64,000 bases of DNA, taken from positions 1,364,001 to 1,428,000 of the forward strand of contig JASVEC010000010.1 in the NCBI GenBank assembly GCA_030770535.1, read 5' to 3'. This stretch comes from Batkoa obscura. Lineage: Eukaryota. The notes below the pieces were generated by a model. It saw nothing but the letters and a program-made list of their open reading frames with translations, searched no databases and was not told the origin of the DNA. Positions 12,828 through 25,713 of the stretch are shown here, one piece after another (the first letter of the stretch is position 1; each line of letters opens with the position of its first letter). The position numbers and the translations under genes are program-made.

Positions 12828-13846
12828 ATGCCTACCTTTGATTGTATTTTTGAGTTGATAATTTCTTCAACTCTTTTTATACTATTCAGTCCAGTTATCG
12901 TTATTGTTTATCTATTTAATTTTATTGTCGACTATCTTAAAAAGCATACAAGCTTCATGACTGGAGCAGAAACAAACAATGCCGCTATAGACAACAATGC
13001 CGCTACAAACAACAATATCGCTACAAACAACAATATCGAACCACAAGGTAGAGGAAATAATGATCTATCTGAGCTAAACGAAATAAGAATAGGGAGTAGT
13101 ACAAGCCTAGACATTTATAAATTTAATCCAAAACCCAAAAACAAAAACAAAGTGTTATTAAAACAAGACAGCTGTATATATTTTAATAAAAACTGTATCA
13201 TTCAAGGCAAGGGTATTCTACTAAATCCAGACTCTTTTTACTATGAAATTGAATTACTCAGTATCACGAGGGATTTTCAACTTTTACTTGGCTATGCAAG
13301 TAAAACAAATTATAAATTTTATGGTAATTTAAACTTTATTAATACTTGATTATTCATTAATTTGAACTAGGCTCTCATGTATTGTTAAACAATAAAATAT
13401 ATGGTATGGTCATTAATGGCACCCGGTATCCGAACACGTTTGTTCACACCTTTAAAAGTGGCGATATCATAGGTTGTTTTTATGACCGATTATTAAGTAA
13501 AATAACCTTTACATATAATGGTAATGATCTGTACTATTGTAAATTGCATTCACGTAAAAAATTTCCCACTATATATAGTACTAAAGGTACTTTACTTAAA
13601 TACAACCTTGGCAATCAACCTTTTCTTTACCGTCGAGCTAATCATCTGAAGCTTGGATTAACAAGCAACTATATTCAAGAAGACCCACCTGACTATGGCT
13701 TGGAAAGTCCTATTAATGATGGGGTAAATCACTTTACTGGTGATGATCAACAACTTTATCTCAATAGCTCCCAACAGTTTACTGACAGTGGTATTCAACT
13801 ACCTCCTCCTTATTATATTTTAGAGATCCCTCATAATGGTTCTTGA
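12828..13846 (+). CDS. TM-SPRY-PPxY protein, Ssh4/Ear1-like (paralog 3), 2 exons
   Basis: Exons 12828-13323 and 13371-13846; same intron position as paralogs; PPDY and PPPY motifs in the tail. Confidence 0.82.
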
Positions 13847-14730
13847 GATCGTCTACTAAATCGTTTTTAAGAGCTTCATCCTAACAATTAACTTTATCGT
13901 TTTCATGTCACTATTAAAAAAAATTGAATCAAACCCAATATCTACCACATTTTCAAACCAAAAAACACAACTTATATTAAGCTACTTCAAAAGACCCTCA
14001 AATTTTTGGGCTTGTGATTATTCGTTATATCAAAAAGAACTTTTTAATACTATAAAATTCCATCAAGACATAAGCTGAGGCAATTAAGTTGAGTTTAAAG
14101 TTTTCAACTGAGCCTTTACAATATTCATTGTCATTTTAGTCCAAGCAAGTAACAACAGTACACAATAAAAATTAGATAAGTAGCTTTAGCATTTATGTGG
14201 CTTTTAAGATTCAATATGTTTGTAACTAAATAATTGTTTTTAATAGCTCCTTCAGGTTAGTTTGTATCAAATTGTCTAAATAGTTGTTTTTGTTTAGATG
14301 AGCTTGTAAAAAGAAATACTTATTTAAAAAATCTTTTTATACATAATTTAGAATATTTAATAACAGTAAATAACGTAAAAATACTGACATTATGAATTTC
14401 TGTTGAAATTTCCTTCAGTATGATTTAAATCGGAGCCACGCATCATCAGGATAATTTCTATATAATACTGCACCATTTACCTGCTTTCTAAGATGATGTT
14501 ATAAAGCCCATTTCTTTTATGTAACTAATTTATTACGCCAACTTGCATTGTACGATAACTAGTTATATTAGTTGTTTATGATTTTTTACTTAAGGCTTTA
14601 TTCATATACGAAGGAAATCAAATGATATAGCCAAAAAAGAATCGGTAGAACTCCATTTAAACACTCTGTAAAAATAACTTCCAAAAACTTTAATGGGATC
14701 ACTAATAAAATAAACAAAAGTTTAAAACTT

Positions 14731-14820
14731 GCGAGTGTTTTGGTTTTGTTACTTTTTCCATTTTTTAGGCACTGCTTAAGCGGATAAGTTGCTAACAAAA
14801 TCCTTAAAATACACCCCCCC
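14731..14820 (-). mobile_element. MITE copy 9 (diverged)
   Basis: Diverged consensus match; ACTT on both flanks. Confidence 0.82.
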
Positions 14821-15221
14821 ACTTATTGTTCGAACATTATTGATTTAAAACACAGGTTCTAGTTTTAATAAGCATTGCTTATAAGTAGCTTTGATATTGA
14901 ATATTTGCCTTTATTTTTTCAGTTTTATTTACTAAATAAAACTGTAATAGCATATAACAATTATTTAAAGTACAGACGTTATATAAAGCTTACTTCTAAA
15001 AGTATAAAATTACCCCAATCCCATGGGTTTTAAATGCTCTATAATGAATCATAAAAAAGGGGCTGAAAGACAACTTTTGAGGACTTTAAAAATGGCATAC
15101 ACAATATTTACAAGTTATATTAAAATTAATAATGAATTGAATGTGGCAAAATAAGTAACTGGTAGATTAATAAAAAACATAAAGACATAAGGGATGAAGG
15201 AGAATAAAAAACAGATAAAAA

Positions 15222-16348
15222 ATGACATTGCCTGGCCCTCCATCGACTCCTCCAACTGATTTCGGATCTGATCTTATATCATGCTTTAGCTTTCCTTATT
15301 TTAAATGGCTGTTTTTTAATTACTGTAATATCACTTGACCTAGTAGTTGCTACTATTGCCGTATCTATCATCTTTGCTATTAATATTAAAAAACGTACTA
15401 ATTCTAAGTTTGAAAAAAAATCGAAAATAGCAATCCATACCCTGAAGAAACTACCAATCCAATAGATACAAATGAAATAAGATCAGAAAACGATAATCCA
15501 ATTGAGATGGGTAGAGTGAATATAAAAAACGATGGTATATATGAGCTGAGCGAAGCAATGACAGAAAGCGATGACACAAATGAACAAGGTGAAATAGGGA
15601 CTGAAAATAATATTCCAGTTGAACTAAACAAAATTTAGTTAGAAAATCATATATGTACAGTTTACAATCATTTTCAAAGTAATTTCTGCAAAAAACTATG
15701 AAACTTTAGTGACAGAAAATTATCCAGTACTTTTTTTTGATAATTGTATAATTTAAGGGAGTATACGCCCCTTAAATGGAAGTTGCCTTTATTATGAAAT
15801 TGAAATGGTTGATTTTAGTGATGACTTTGAGCTATTATTTGGATATGCGAATAAAAGTACTCCTAAAATCCATGGTAATAATATCATTATTGATTCAATA
15901 AGTTTATTAATCTAAAATAGAGGCACCTATATTGCTGAACAACAAAACACATAGTACAAGTATTAATTATAGATGATATCCAAACACTTTTACTCCTACT
16001 CTTAAAAGAGGTCATACTATAGGCTACCTCTATAATATGCCATTAAAAGAGATAACATTCACTCACAATGGTAGAGATCTATGCTATTTTGAACTTCAGC
16101 CTTACACAAACTTTGTCACTATATATAGTACCACAGGCACTCTATCTAAATACAACTTTGGAAACTAACCTTTCCTTTATCATTGAGTCGATCAAACCAA
16201 GCCTCATTTACCAAGTAATTAGGTTCGAAATATTATTCCTAACTATTTCTAAGAAGCTCTAATTGGTAATATTCAAGAACTTCATATAAATAGTACTTAT
16301 GAACCTTCTCCACATTATATTTCGAAAACCTCTCCTGATGATAACTAA
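15222..16348 (+). pseudogene. TM-SPRY pseudogene (paralog 4)
   Basis: YEIEMVDFSDDFELLFGYANKSTPKIH followed by GTAAT, YPNTFTPTLKRGHTIGYLY and a tail EPSPHYISKTSPDDN* align with paralog 3. Several in-frame stops and frameshifts. Confidence 0.85.
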
Positions 16349-16654
16349 TAAGTTCATCTAAATCATATTTAAAAGTCAACTCCTACCTATCCCCAAAATC
16401 TCCTTTTAAACTATTGCTTTAATCACTTAATTCAAGTCTATTAAAATCCTTGTTCTTAAGATTATAAATATTATTTTTCTAAAATAAGATACCAAACTAA
16501 AATAAAACGCATAATCTTGGTAGCTCTTTTGAGCATCTAATATTAAGACAAGACGTCCAATAAATCAAAATTATATTTGTCTAAGCAAGCTTTCATTTAA
16601 AGTAGAGACTAGAATCATCTAATCCAATCCCAAATCCTTTAAATAGATCCAAAT

Positions 16655-16753
16655 GGGAGTGTTTTTTTTGACTTCATTATTTTTTCCATTTTTTAAGCGC
16701 TATTTAAGTGGAAAATTTGTTAGTAAAATTCTTAAATACAGAAATACATCCCC
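16655..16753 (-). mobile_element. MITE copy 10
   Basis: Near-consensus; AAAT on both flanks. Confidence 0.93.
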
Positions 16754-16833
16754 AAATGATGCTTGATATAAATTTGATTATAAAGGATAATTTATTAGAT
16801 ACAATAAAATATATAGAAACTTGTTTTAACAAT

Positions 16834-16931
16834 GGGGGTGTTTTTTTGTGTTTAAGAATTTTACTAACAATCTTTCTACTCAAATAGCGCTTAAAAAATG
16901 GAAAAATAATGAAATCAAAAAAAACATCCCC
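16834..16931 (+). mobile_element. MITE copy 11
   Basis: Near-consensus; TSD ambiguous (CAAT if the end is taken one C shorter). Confidence 0.92.
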
Positions 16932-17873
16932 AATATTGTTACTAAACAGCCATTTGCATTATTTTTTATAATTTTAGCTATGCATTAGATTTTTCTAAGT
17001 ATAGAACATTGTTTAGACAAACTTGTAAAGTGGTTAATTTTTACTTTAATGGCTCTTTTAAAAAAATGTGACGCCGTATTAATAATATTGAACACTGAGG
17101 TAAATGCTATTAGGGCTTTTAACTCATGTAATTTTATTCTCAAAGCGTTGTTTAGTTGTGAGCCATGTGTAACTAAAGGCAGGCCCTTGCGAGGCATAGC
17201 TTGTTTTGCTTTAACACCCTACTACTGTTGACCAAACAAAGCTCGATACTTGAGCTTACTTAAAGTATAAATAATTAACTTGTAAGAATTATTTAAGCGC
17301 AAGAATAGACATGCGTACATAGCCAAGTCAAAAAATAGTAAAGTCCAAATACAAGGTCTAGTTGATATCAATTGCTACAGCTTCAGTAGGATCAATACTA
17401 AAACAAAGATAATTTTTGAGATATTCATCCTTTTGCTTTAAGTCGGACTTTTTACATAATGCTTAATTAAATAATTATACAATAATAGTAAGAAGGATCA
17501 TTCCAACTTATTGATTTTTATTATATTTAATTCTATACCAAAGTTGTATGAACACTATAAAGTATATGATGGCCAAGTTATCTCAATCTTATTAAGTCTA
17601 AACTTTAAGAAGATCATATTTTAAAATTTATTCAAATAAGTAGTCCTACTAACTTTTTTGGAAATACTATACTGTTCATGTTTTGAAAATAAACAAGGAT
17701 CGGAGCTTAAAATCACCTCTCACCACATATCTGCATTCAAAAAACTTTGTTTCTAAAGGGTTGTTAGTATTCTTTCAAGTAATTAACTTTGTAATTTTGG
17801 CTGAATAGCACTAAATGTAAAAACAACCATTTTTAAATATTTAAAATTTTATTAATTTTATAGATAATGATAA

Positions 17874-19340
17874 TTAAGGTTCATTTATGAATAAATTAAC
17901 AAAAGGATCAGAATGAGGTAATGGTGGATGACAATGAGTATTCTTAGCAGTATTCTTCATTTTAATAGTATTTATATTATAAACAAGTGCTACTTTATTG
18001 TTATGTGATTGTTTATTGCTATTTCCTCCGTGGCTAGGAGTAACAGGGTTACTATGACCAATGATATTATTCTTTTTGGTATTAGGACTAACAGCAGGTG
18101 GATATTTATTTGATGGTAAAATAGGAGGTATGGATGAGTTGATATTATTATTATTATTATTATTATAAGAATACACAGTGTAAGTCAATTTAGTTAACAA
18201 CTTCAAGATAATAGGATCATTTGATAAATTTAACAAATTAAAGTGGCAATTCAAAATATTAATTTGTTTACTAAATGAAGGATGGTTTAGTAATAAGTTG
18301 ATACAATTTAAATCTTTCATCTGAATCGCTATATGAAATGGGGTGAATGAATTATAATTTAGTTGATTGATGTTAAATAGATTTAACTTTAGGAAATAAT
18401 TTAATAGCTTATTTAATTGATATCTACAGCATAAATGAATCAATGTGTCCCCATTTTTATAATTCATATATTTATTTAATTGATTAATTATACTTGGCTG
18501 TTCACTTATTAATTGTTTAATAAATAATATATCCTTACTTTTAATCGAATTTGTTAGCAGAGTGTTATTGTCAAACTGTACCTTTTTCTTGATTTTAATA
18601 CTATTGGCACTGCTGTTTACATTGTTGTTATTATTGCTATATTTTAAAATAGATTTGGATGAACTTAATGATGTATTCGATGAATTATTGCTGCTCATGG
18701 TGTTATTATTATTTATGTTATTATTTATTAATTTGATTAAGAATTGCTCTTTATTTTTTAATGCAAAGTAATTCTTTTGCTCACTTAAATTAAAAAATAA
18801 ATTACGCAGGTCGTTATTATCAACACAATCTACTGGTGTGTATTTTAAACAATTCTTTAAGTTAGGATTGGAGCCTAGTTTTAACAACAGCTCTACTAAA
18901 TCTAACATTGTAAAAAAAGAGGCATAATGTAAAATGGTATTCTTGTCAAAGCATTGGTAAAACACCAATTGTAATAAGAAGTCGTCTAAATCCAAGTATA
19001 GCACTGAATTATAATACTGAAATAATTTAATCAAATACTTTATAAAATAAATGATTAGCTCTTCTTCTTCTTCTTCTAATTGTAATATCATAAATTGAAT
19101 CAAGTTCAAATCCTTAAAGTTTAATCCTAAAAATATTTGGGCATCCTTAAGGTGTTCTTTTGGGAATTGTTTCTTTAATTGTTCACTTTGGTTAATCTTA
19201 TAGTTTAATATAGTATAAATACTTCCATTAACGTCCTTTTCAATGAAATTCTGTATTTTATCCATGGTTATATCTTCGTCAGTAATCATATCAATCAAGC
19301 ACTCCCCAATCTCCCCCATATTTAATTCCAAGTTCCTCAT
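17874..19340 (-). CDS. Ankyrin-repeat protein with SILK and RVxF (KVQF) PP1-docking motifs
   Basis: Ankyrin motifs NTILHYAS, GSNPNLKN, YTPVD, GDTLIHLCC, FTPFHIAI; KSILK and KKVQFD precede the second ankyrin block. Confidence 0.8.
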   Translation of the reverse strand: MRNLELNMGEIGECLIDMITDEDITMDKIQNFIEKDVNGSIYTILNYKINQSEQLKKQFPKEHLKDAQIFLGLNFKDLNLIQFMILQLEEEEEELIIYFIKYLIKLFQYYNSVLYLDLDDFLLQLVFYQCFDKNTILHYASFFTMLDLVELLLKLGSNPNLKNCLKYTPVDCVDNNDLRNLFFNLSEQKNYFALKNKEQFLIKLINNNINNNNTMSSNNSSNTSLSSSKSILKYSNNNNNVNSSANSIKIKKKVQFDNNTLLTNSIKSKDILFIKQLISEQPSIINQLNKYMNYKNGDTLIHLCCRYQLNKLLNYFLKLNLFNINQLNYNSFTPFHIAIQMKDLNCINLLLNHPSFSKQINILNCHFNLLNLSNDPIILKLLTKLTYTVYSYNNNNNNNINSSIPPILPSNKYPPAVSPNTKKNNIIGHSNPVTPSHGGNSNKQSHNNKVALVYNINTIKMKNTAKNTHCHPPLPHSDPFVNLFINEP

Positions 19341-20277
19341 AGTGAATTTAATAACAAAAGAAATAAAGAAAGATACTTTTAGTTTCTAATTTAACAATAC
19401 AGTAATATTATTATTTTAAATATTTAAAACAAAGGAAATTTTTAATATTAATATCATTATTTAATTGACTTGTTTTTTTCAGTTACTACCTTTTCTTTGC
19501 TATCCTATTTAACGATCTGTTATACTCCAAATTTATACCAAATTTAACTTTAACCTTTAACTTTTACTTTTTTTTCTGTTGTTTCATTTCCCCAACCTGA
19601 TTTTTATTTAAAACTACTCATTAAAAGCCATCCTTTTAACGTTATTCTTTTTCTTAGCTGTTACTATCATTTTTACAACTGTAATCTCAATCTTTAGTTG
19701 TTTGAGTGATTTGAAATTAATTTGCTTTTTTTAGTCATTTTTTTCATGTTATTTCGCTCCTTTTTATTAGCCGATTTTAACGAATCAATGTCGTTTTTTT
19801 AATATAAGATACACAGTTAGTAAAGGTAATATTGAACTGATATCCTAATATAGATAATGATACATATCAAAAATAATATTATATACTCTTATTTATCATA
19901 GTAAAGAGAGTCTTTTGTATTGTATTAAATAAATGCCATAATTATTTTATCATGAAATTTTCAAAAGACAACTTGCTTTTGTACTTTCAAAGCAAATTTT
20001 TTAAAAATTTCGAACCCAAATTGGGCAAGTGTTAAATAAAATTATTCTAAAAAACTAAAAATTAATAAAAATTATTTCAAGGTATTAATCCAATTAGCTA
20101 AAAAGAAAAGCAGAAGAAACACTCCTACTTATGGTCTCTATTTCCATTCCCTTGATTCCTTAGTTGTTTTGTTTTGCTAATAGACACCTTTAAGCCTTAG
20201 TACTCTTTCATGATATAAAAAAGCCAATAAATAAAAATTAAATATATCAAATATGCTTTGGACTATTTATAATATAT

Positions 20278-20373
20278 TGGAGTGTTTTTTTATTTCATTA
20301 CTTTTTTCATCTTTTAAGCACTATTTGAGCGGAGAAATCGTTAGTAAAATCTCTAGACACAAAATATATCCCC
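20278..20373 (-). mobile_element. MITE copy 12
   Basis: Consensus match; ATAT/ATAT flanks. Confidence 0.88.
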
Positions 20374-21589
20374 ATATATCATGAAAAAATATATGGACTT
20401 CAAATTTACTGAAAAGATATAACTACTACTTGAATTATGTAGTTTATTAAAAGATTTTGTTTATAAATATTGAAAACAGTTTAATTTGAATATTTTGTAA
20501 AAAGTTGAAATAGCGTAATTAATTACTCAATCTCTTTTTACAACTTTTAAAATAATCATATATTCCAATAAACAAAAATGTTTGACATGACATTTAATTA
20601 AAAAATTAGAGTTATGAACATAACCCATAACTTGTATAGATTAACAATATAAAACCTGGTACAATTTAAGGCTCTATCATTTTAGTTTATTATATTAGAG
20701 TTATAAATGCTTGAACTTTATATAAAGACATTTTTATAAAACTTAGCTCACATATTATAAAGCGACTTCCGACTTTACCTAGATATTCTGGGTTTAAATT
20801 AAATTTTGTGCTCAATAGCATTATTAATTTTTTTATAAAGACACTAGACAATTTCAAATCTAAATATGTGAAAAGGCATTATTCATTTCAACGATCCAGC
20901 TTTGCATTCCAATACCATTATGTAAATTTCAACTTATTATAGCTATGACACAAGAAAAACTTCTTTTGAGAGCTTTATCTTAGTTAATCATGTGTAAGCA
21001 GAATTCTTCAGTATCATCAACTGGATACTAAATATAACTGCGTTAAACTCAAAATGTTTAAACAACTATGTTATTCTTTTATTACATAGTCTGGTTTAAA
21101 CGATTTTTAATCTACTTTTAATTTCCAATAGCTGACTCCATCATTGTAATAATGCTACTTTATAGGCTACATTAAGCTTAATTAAAGATTTAAATTTGAT
21201 CCAAAAATGATCCAAAGAAGTTAAAGCTAACAATGGGATTTTAATTTTTTGGTTGAAATAAGTCGATAATGAAACATCCAATCAGTTGTTTGCAATATTC
21301 CAAAGGTGGCTCCATTCGCTTAAAGGGCTGAAGTATTTCCCGGCAGCAACCAATGATATAATGCTTATGTTATTTTTATCATCTATGATTAGTCAATTAA
21401 AAACATAATTTCACACCTTAGTATTATTTGATCAAAGATAATCGAGCAGATAAGACTAATAAAAAATTCATTTTAAATTGTAAACTTTAGAATTAGGTTG
21501 TTAGCTTCTTTGGTAAGCATAAACTTTTACTTAGATACAATAATTACTAATGAATAAATAAAGGTTAATTCAACAACAGTATAAAAAAG

Positions 21590-22090
21590 ATGAATTTCGT
21601 AAAAGTAGTTACCGAGTCCAAATTATTTACTTCAATCTTAAAGCCTTTTGCCAACATTTATCCAGATATTTCAGGATATCGTAGATATGGTAATTCAATT
21701 GTTAATTTATTTAAATAGAACTGAGTAATGATCAAAAATATTAAAGGATTAAAATATGACGATTTAATTGTTGAAGAAAATGATGTTGTTAAAGAAGCTT
21801 TAAGACGTTTACCAGCTAAACAAGCTTCAGACCGTGCTTATCGTCTCAAAGTTGCCTTTGGACTTTCGACTGCTAAAGCCGAACTCCCAAGAGACCAATG
21901 GACAAAGCCAAGCGAGGTAAAGACTTTTCTCAATATTCCTAAAAATTATAGAACTCTGAAAGGAGCATGAAAAAAGGAACATTATTCATTTTATTTTGTT
22001 TAGGATGAACCTTACCTTTTACCAATTATCGAAGAAGTTGAAAAGGAGTTTAAAGAAAGAGAGCAATTTGATACCCTCAAGGGACGTTAA
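21590..22090 (+). CDS. QCR7: Cytochrome bc1 complex subunit 7 (14 kDa), 3 exons
   Basis: Exons 21590-21689, 21747-21916, 22004-22090 give [29 protein letters not shown]...LPRDQWTKPSEDEPYLLPIIEEVEKEFKEREQFD. Probable 5'UTR intron near 21513-21563. Confidence 0.95.
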
Positions 22091-22516
22091 GTCAAAGCTT
22101 TATTTTTAAAAGAGTTAAAAATAAATTTTAATTTTAAAAATGTCGATTGCTATTTTAAAATGAACTTTCATTAAAATTAAAATTATTTTAAGGAAATAAA
22201 ACTAACAAACAGAAGTATGTCTTTTAAAGCTATATTAAAGTTTGATTTTAATATTTTTGTTTCAGTGATGTAAAAAAATAACTAAGAGCAACAAACAGTC
22301 TATAAAACTATAGTAAATTGGTAAAGACCAAACATTAAAATTTATTAACATTATTACATCACATCCTTTTTAATAAGTGTGACATACCCTAATTTATAAT
22401 CGACTATTAATGTTATGTCTATTACACTTCTGTTTTTAATATTTTTGACTTTCATTTCAAAAAGTAGAGATTATGCAATTTATATATTATTTAAAAAATT
22501 AAATTCCACCAAACTA

Positions 22517-22611
22517 GCTCCTGTAGCAAAGTGGTTTAATGCGTCGTGCTTATAATTTAAAGTTATACTTAAGACACGCGAAGGTCGCGGGTTCGAACCC
22601 CGCCAGGAGCA
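22517..22611 (+). tRNA. tRNA-Ile(TAT) with 21-nt intron (22555-22575)
   Basis: Acceptor GCTCCTG/CAGGAGC, D arm with AGTGG, anticodon arm TCGTG-CT-TAT-A/A-CGCGA, T loop GGTTCGAACC, downstream T-run terminator. Confidence 0.95.
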
Positions 22612-22665
22612 TATATTTTTTTACATCATTTAAATAATAAAGTAAATTAATACTGATGTGAATGA

Positions 22666-24571
22666 CTATTTATTTTTTAACTGGTTTTGGAGTTCTTTAA
22701 TCTGATCAGAGATGGGCTCAAATTTAATAGGGCAGTTATTCCAATGTTGATTTATATTAGTTTTGAGTTGGTCAAACGTCAACCATTGTTTATCTGTTTT
22801 GGTGCCATTATAAACTAATTTTAACAAATCATTAGATTTATACTTTTGTTCGTATTCTACTTGATCTTCTGGTTTAGGATATACTTTAGGCAACTAATAA
22901 TGTATTTAGTTCAAGATCAATTCAATAAAATACAAAATTACGTTGTTAGAATCGAGGAGCACCATAAATTGCCCAGGCAACGAAAATTTACTTGTATCTG
23001 TTTTCGGTAACTTGGCTATTAATCTTACTGAATCATCTTTTTCCTTAATGTAGCTCAGTTTGGTAGCAAAACTCATAGTGTCTCTGTTAAGTTTCTATCA
23101 TATTAAATTGTTTATGTAAAGTAAGAACAGCTATTAAACTTACTTGTAACAACCCACCTCCCATGCCAAACGCTATATTTTCACTAGAGTAGCCAGCTTC
23201 TATTACAGCATCTAATATCTTTTCTAATACGATTATATCAATACCGTCGCCTTGAATCACCCCGCAGCCATTCAATACCTTTTACATTTGTTAATTTGTT
23301 TGTCAAGATTTATCCTAATATCCTAAGTTTACTTTATAGCCCTTACTGTTTATTGTAGAACCAAAAACCTGATCGCCAGCACTAAAAAAATCAGATCATT
23401 AAAGACAAAATCAAAAGGAAGTTTACTTCAAAGCCATCAAAACAGTTTTAATTGGATCTCCAGAATCTGGTCTTAAGACCATAAACCCTCCTTTGCCTAC
23501 TTTTTCACTTGCTATCTCTGGTAATATTTTTTCCAATGCTACTTTGTAATCATACGAATCCATCACGCAGGCAAACACTCCGCTTCCGAATTTCTCTATC
23601 ATTTTTAAGATGGCTTGCTAAATCAACGTTAATGTACTATCTAAACAGGTATCATTTTAACCTACTTTCTCATTGAGATGACTGGTCATGACCGAGTGCT
23701 CTGTTGCTGGTATCGAGCTTGCTATTGGAGCCCCATTGTTCCAGTTAAATTGGCCATAATAGGCAGCTGATAAAGTATCAGAACCTTCAAAGTTTAACTA
23801 AAATAAAAATAAAGACAGTAAAACAAAAACTACGAATTAAATTACCAGATGAGCCATGCCACCCAAGATACTTTGCTCTACTGAAGTACAGCCTCGAAAC
23901 CCAAAATCATGTAACCTTGAATTTATTAAAAAGTTTTTTTCTTTATCAACGCTTTTTTCAAAACTTTTTTCAATAATCGTTTTACATTGTCTTGATAAGG
24001 TTGCTACTGTACATGGATACTTTTAATTGTTATCCTTAGTTACGTATAAAGTATAATACTTATAATTAAAATTTACCCAAATCATTGTTAACAAAGCTTC
24101 TAAGTAAGTGATCAGTCCAGAATAAGGTTCTTCTGCCACCATAACCATAACTGGTACATGGGGATAAACAACGGTCCCTTCTTCCAAGGCATAAATAGAA
24201 ATTGGAAAATAACCATTGTTTTCATTGATCATCTTTAAAAACAATTCTTCAGGGAATGGAAACTTTGTAAATCCAGCGTTATGGGTTTCGAAAAACCTTT
24301 TGCTTTTCTCTAAATCTTCCAAAGACCATTGCTTGTCTATATAGTTCTCTATAAAATATCTCAATCCAAAGAATATAATCCTTTCATCCGAACCTTTATT
24401 ATAACTCTGTCGAAATGAACTATAGGCTACCATCTTTATATTGATTATTAAATAAGGTTTGATATTATTTAAAAACCTTTTTACCTTCTTCGAGTCTGGG
24501 AACAGATAGGGATGAGATAGTTTGTAACTATCTGTTAGTAAAAATATTGGTATTCCAAATGGACCGCTCAT
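22666..24571 (-). CDS. NAMPT: Nicotinamide phosphoribosyltransferase (NAMPT/NadV-type), 9 exons
   Basis: Spliced product has TDSYKLSH, WYPCTVAT, LHDFGFRG, NFEGSDT, SIPATEHS, DSYD, RPDSGDP, VIQGDGI, FGMGGGLLQKLNRDTMSFATK. All introns are GT-AG. Confidence 0.85.
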
Positions 24572-25713
24572 TCTGTATATTTGTGTATTATAACAAAAAA
24601 TCTTTTGATTTTTAACTTTAGACTGGTTTTGATGATGTAAGTTGTATCATTCAAGTTTTTAGCCAATTATATATAAGCATAAACTGTTACTTGCTATTAT
24701 TGCTATTTAATTGAACAAACATTATATTTGTTATATGCTATATTTACTCTCAATTACAATAAAGCTATACTAAATATTAAAGCAAATAAAACTATTATCA
24801 ATTTTAAAGTATGAGATATCAACTTTATATAAGCTTCGAAATTGGTTTTTTAGTTTAAATATTGAAGTTATTTTCTAGTTTTTATCTTTATGAACTAAAA
24901 TCTTTATCTACCAATCCAACTACGATTGTAATTAAAAAATTATTTAATACAATCGTACACTATTGCTTTTATTATTTGTTTAATTTAATCTAAAGATTTG
25001 TGTGTGAAATCAAAGTTATTTTCCTTTCATTTTATAAGGTATTTTTTCGTAAAAATAACAGTGAGGTTTAACTTAAATAAGCCACCCTCTTTACTTAGAT
25101 TATCTAATAAATGAGTTTAAATTATTTAAAAAACTTGTTTTTATTTCGAGTATTATAATAATGAGTTCATATATTTGTTTTACCGGAAATTACTTTGTTT
25201 TATTATAAATTAAAATTAATTTAATGATACCCCTCCTCATTCTTTTACTCCTTTCTTTTTATCAGTGTACTAAAAAAACATATGTAGTATAGACAGTACC
25301 ATATACATGCTTCATAATCCACAAGAAACAAAACAAGTACGATATTAGAAGCGCAGTATAGATATATATTACGATGTAAATAAAGGAGTTGCCTGGGGTG
25401 AAACCTGAAACCAAACGAACTAGAATAAATTTTAAGTCAAAGTATATTTAATGCTTTATTGGACTTCGCCTTCAAAATAAACCAATAAAACTAAAAATAG
25501 CTATAAACTGAGCTAAAAATATAACAGAGGTTTATTTTTCAAAGAACTAATGAAAAAGCCTTTTATCCCTTCAATTAACATCCCTTAATTTTAAAAAAAA
25601 ATAACAATGTGGAGTAAACTAACTTCATATAAAGCAGAAAAATATAACTTTATTATACTAAAACAACACTAATAATAAAATAAAAAACTATTCAGATCCT
25701 ATACTATCAGCCC

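Noticed and set aside
16985..17800. Slightly GC-richer stretch with short ORFs and a VVRGDFK peptide resembling a LINE endonuclease
   Set aside because: One short motif, no continuous frame or other motifs; cannot be supported without a search.
25340..25440. GC-richer intergenic patch as a possible ncRNA
   Set aside because: No recognisable snRNA, snoRNA or tRNA boxes and no convincing stem.
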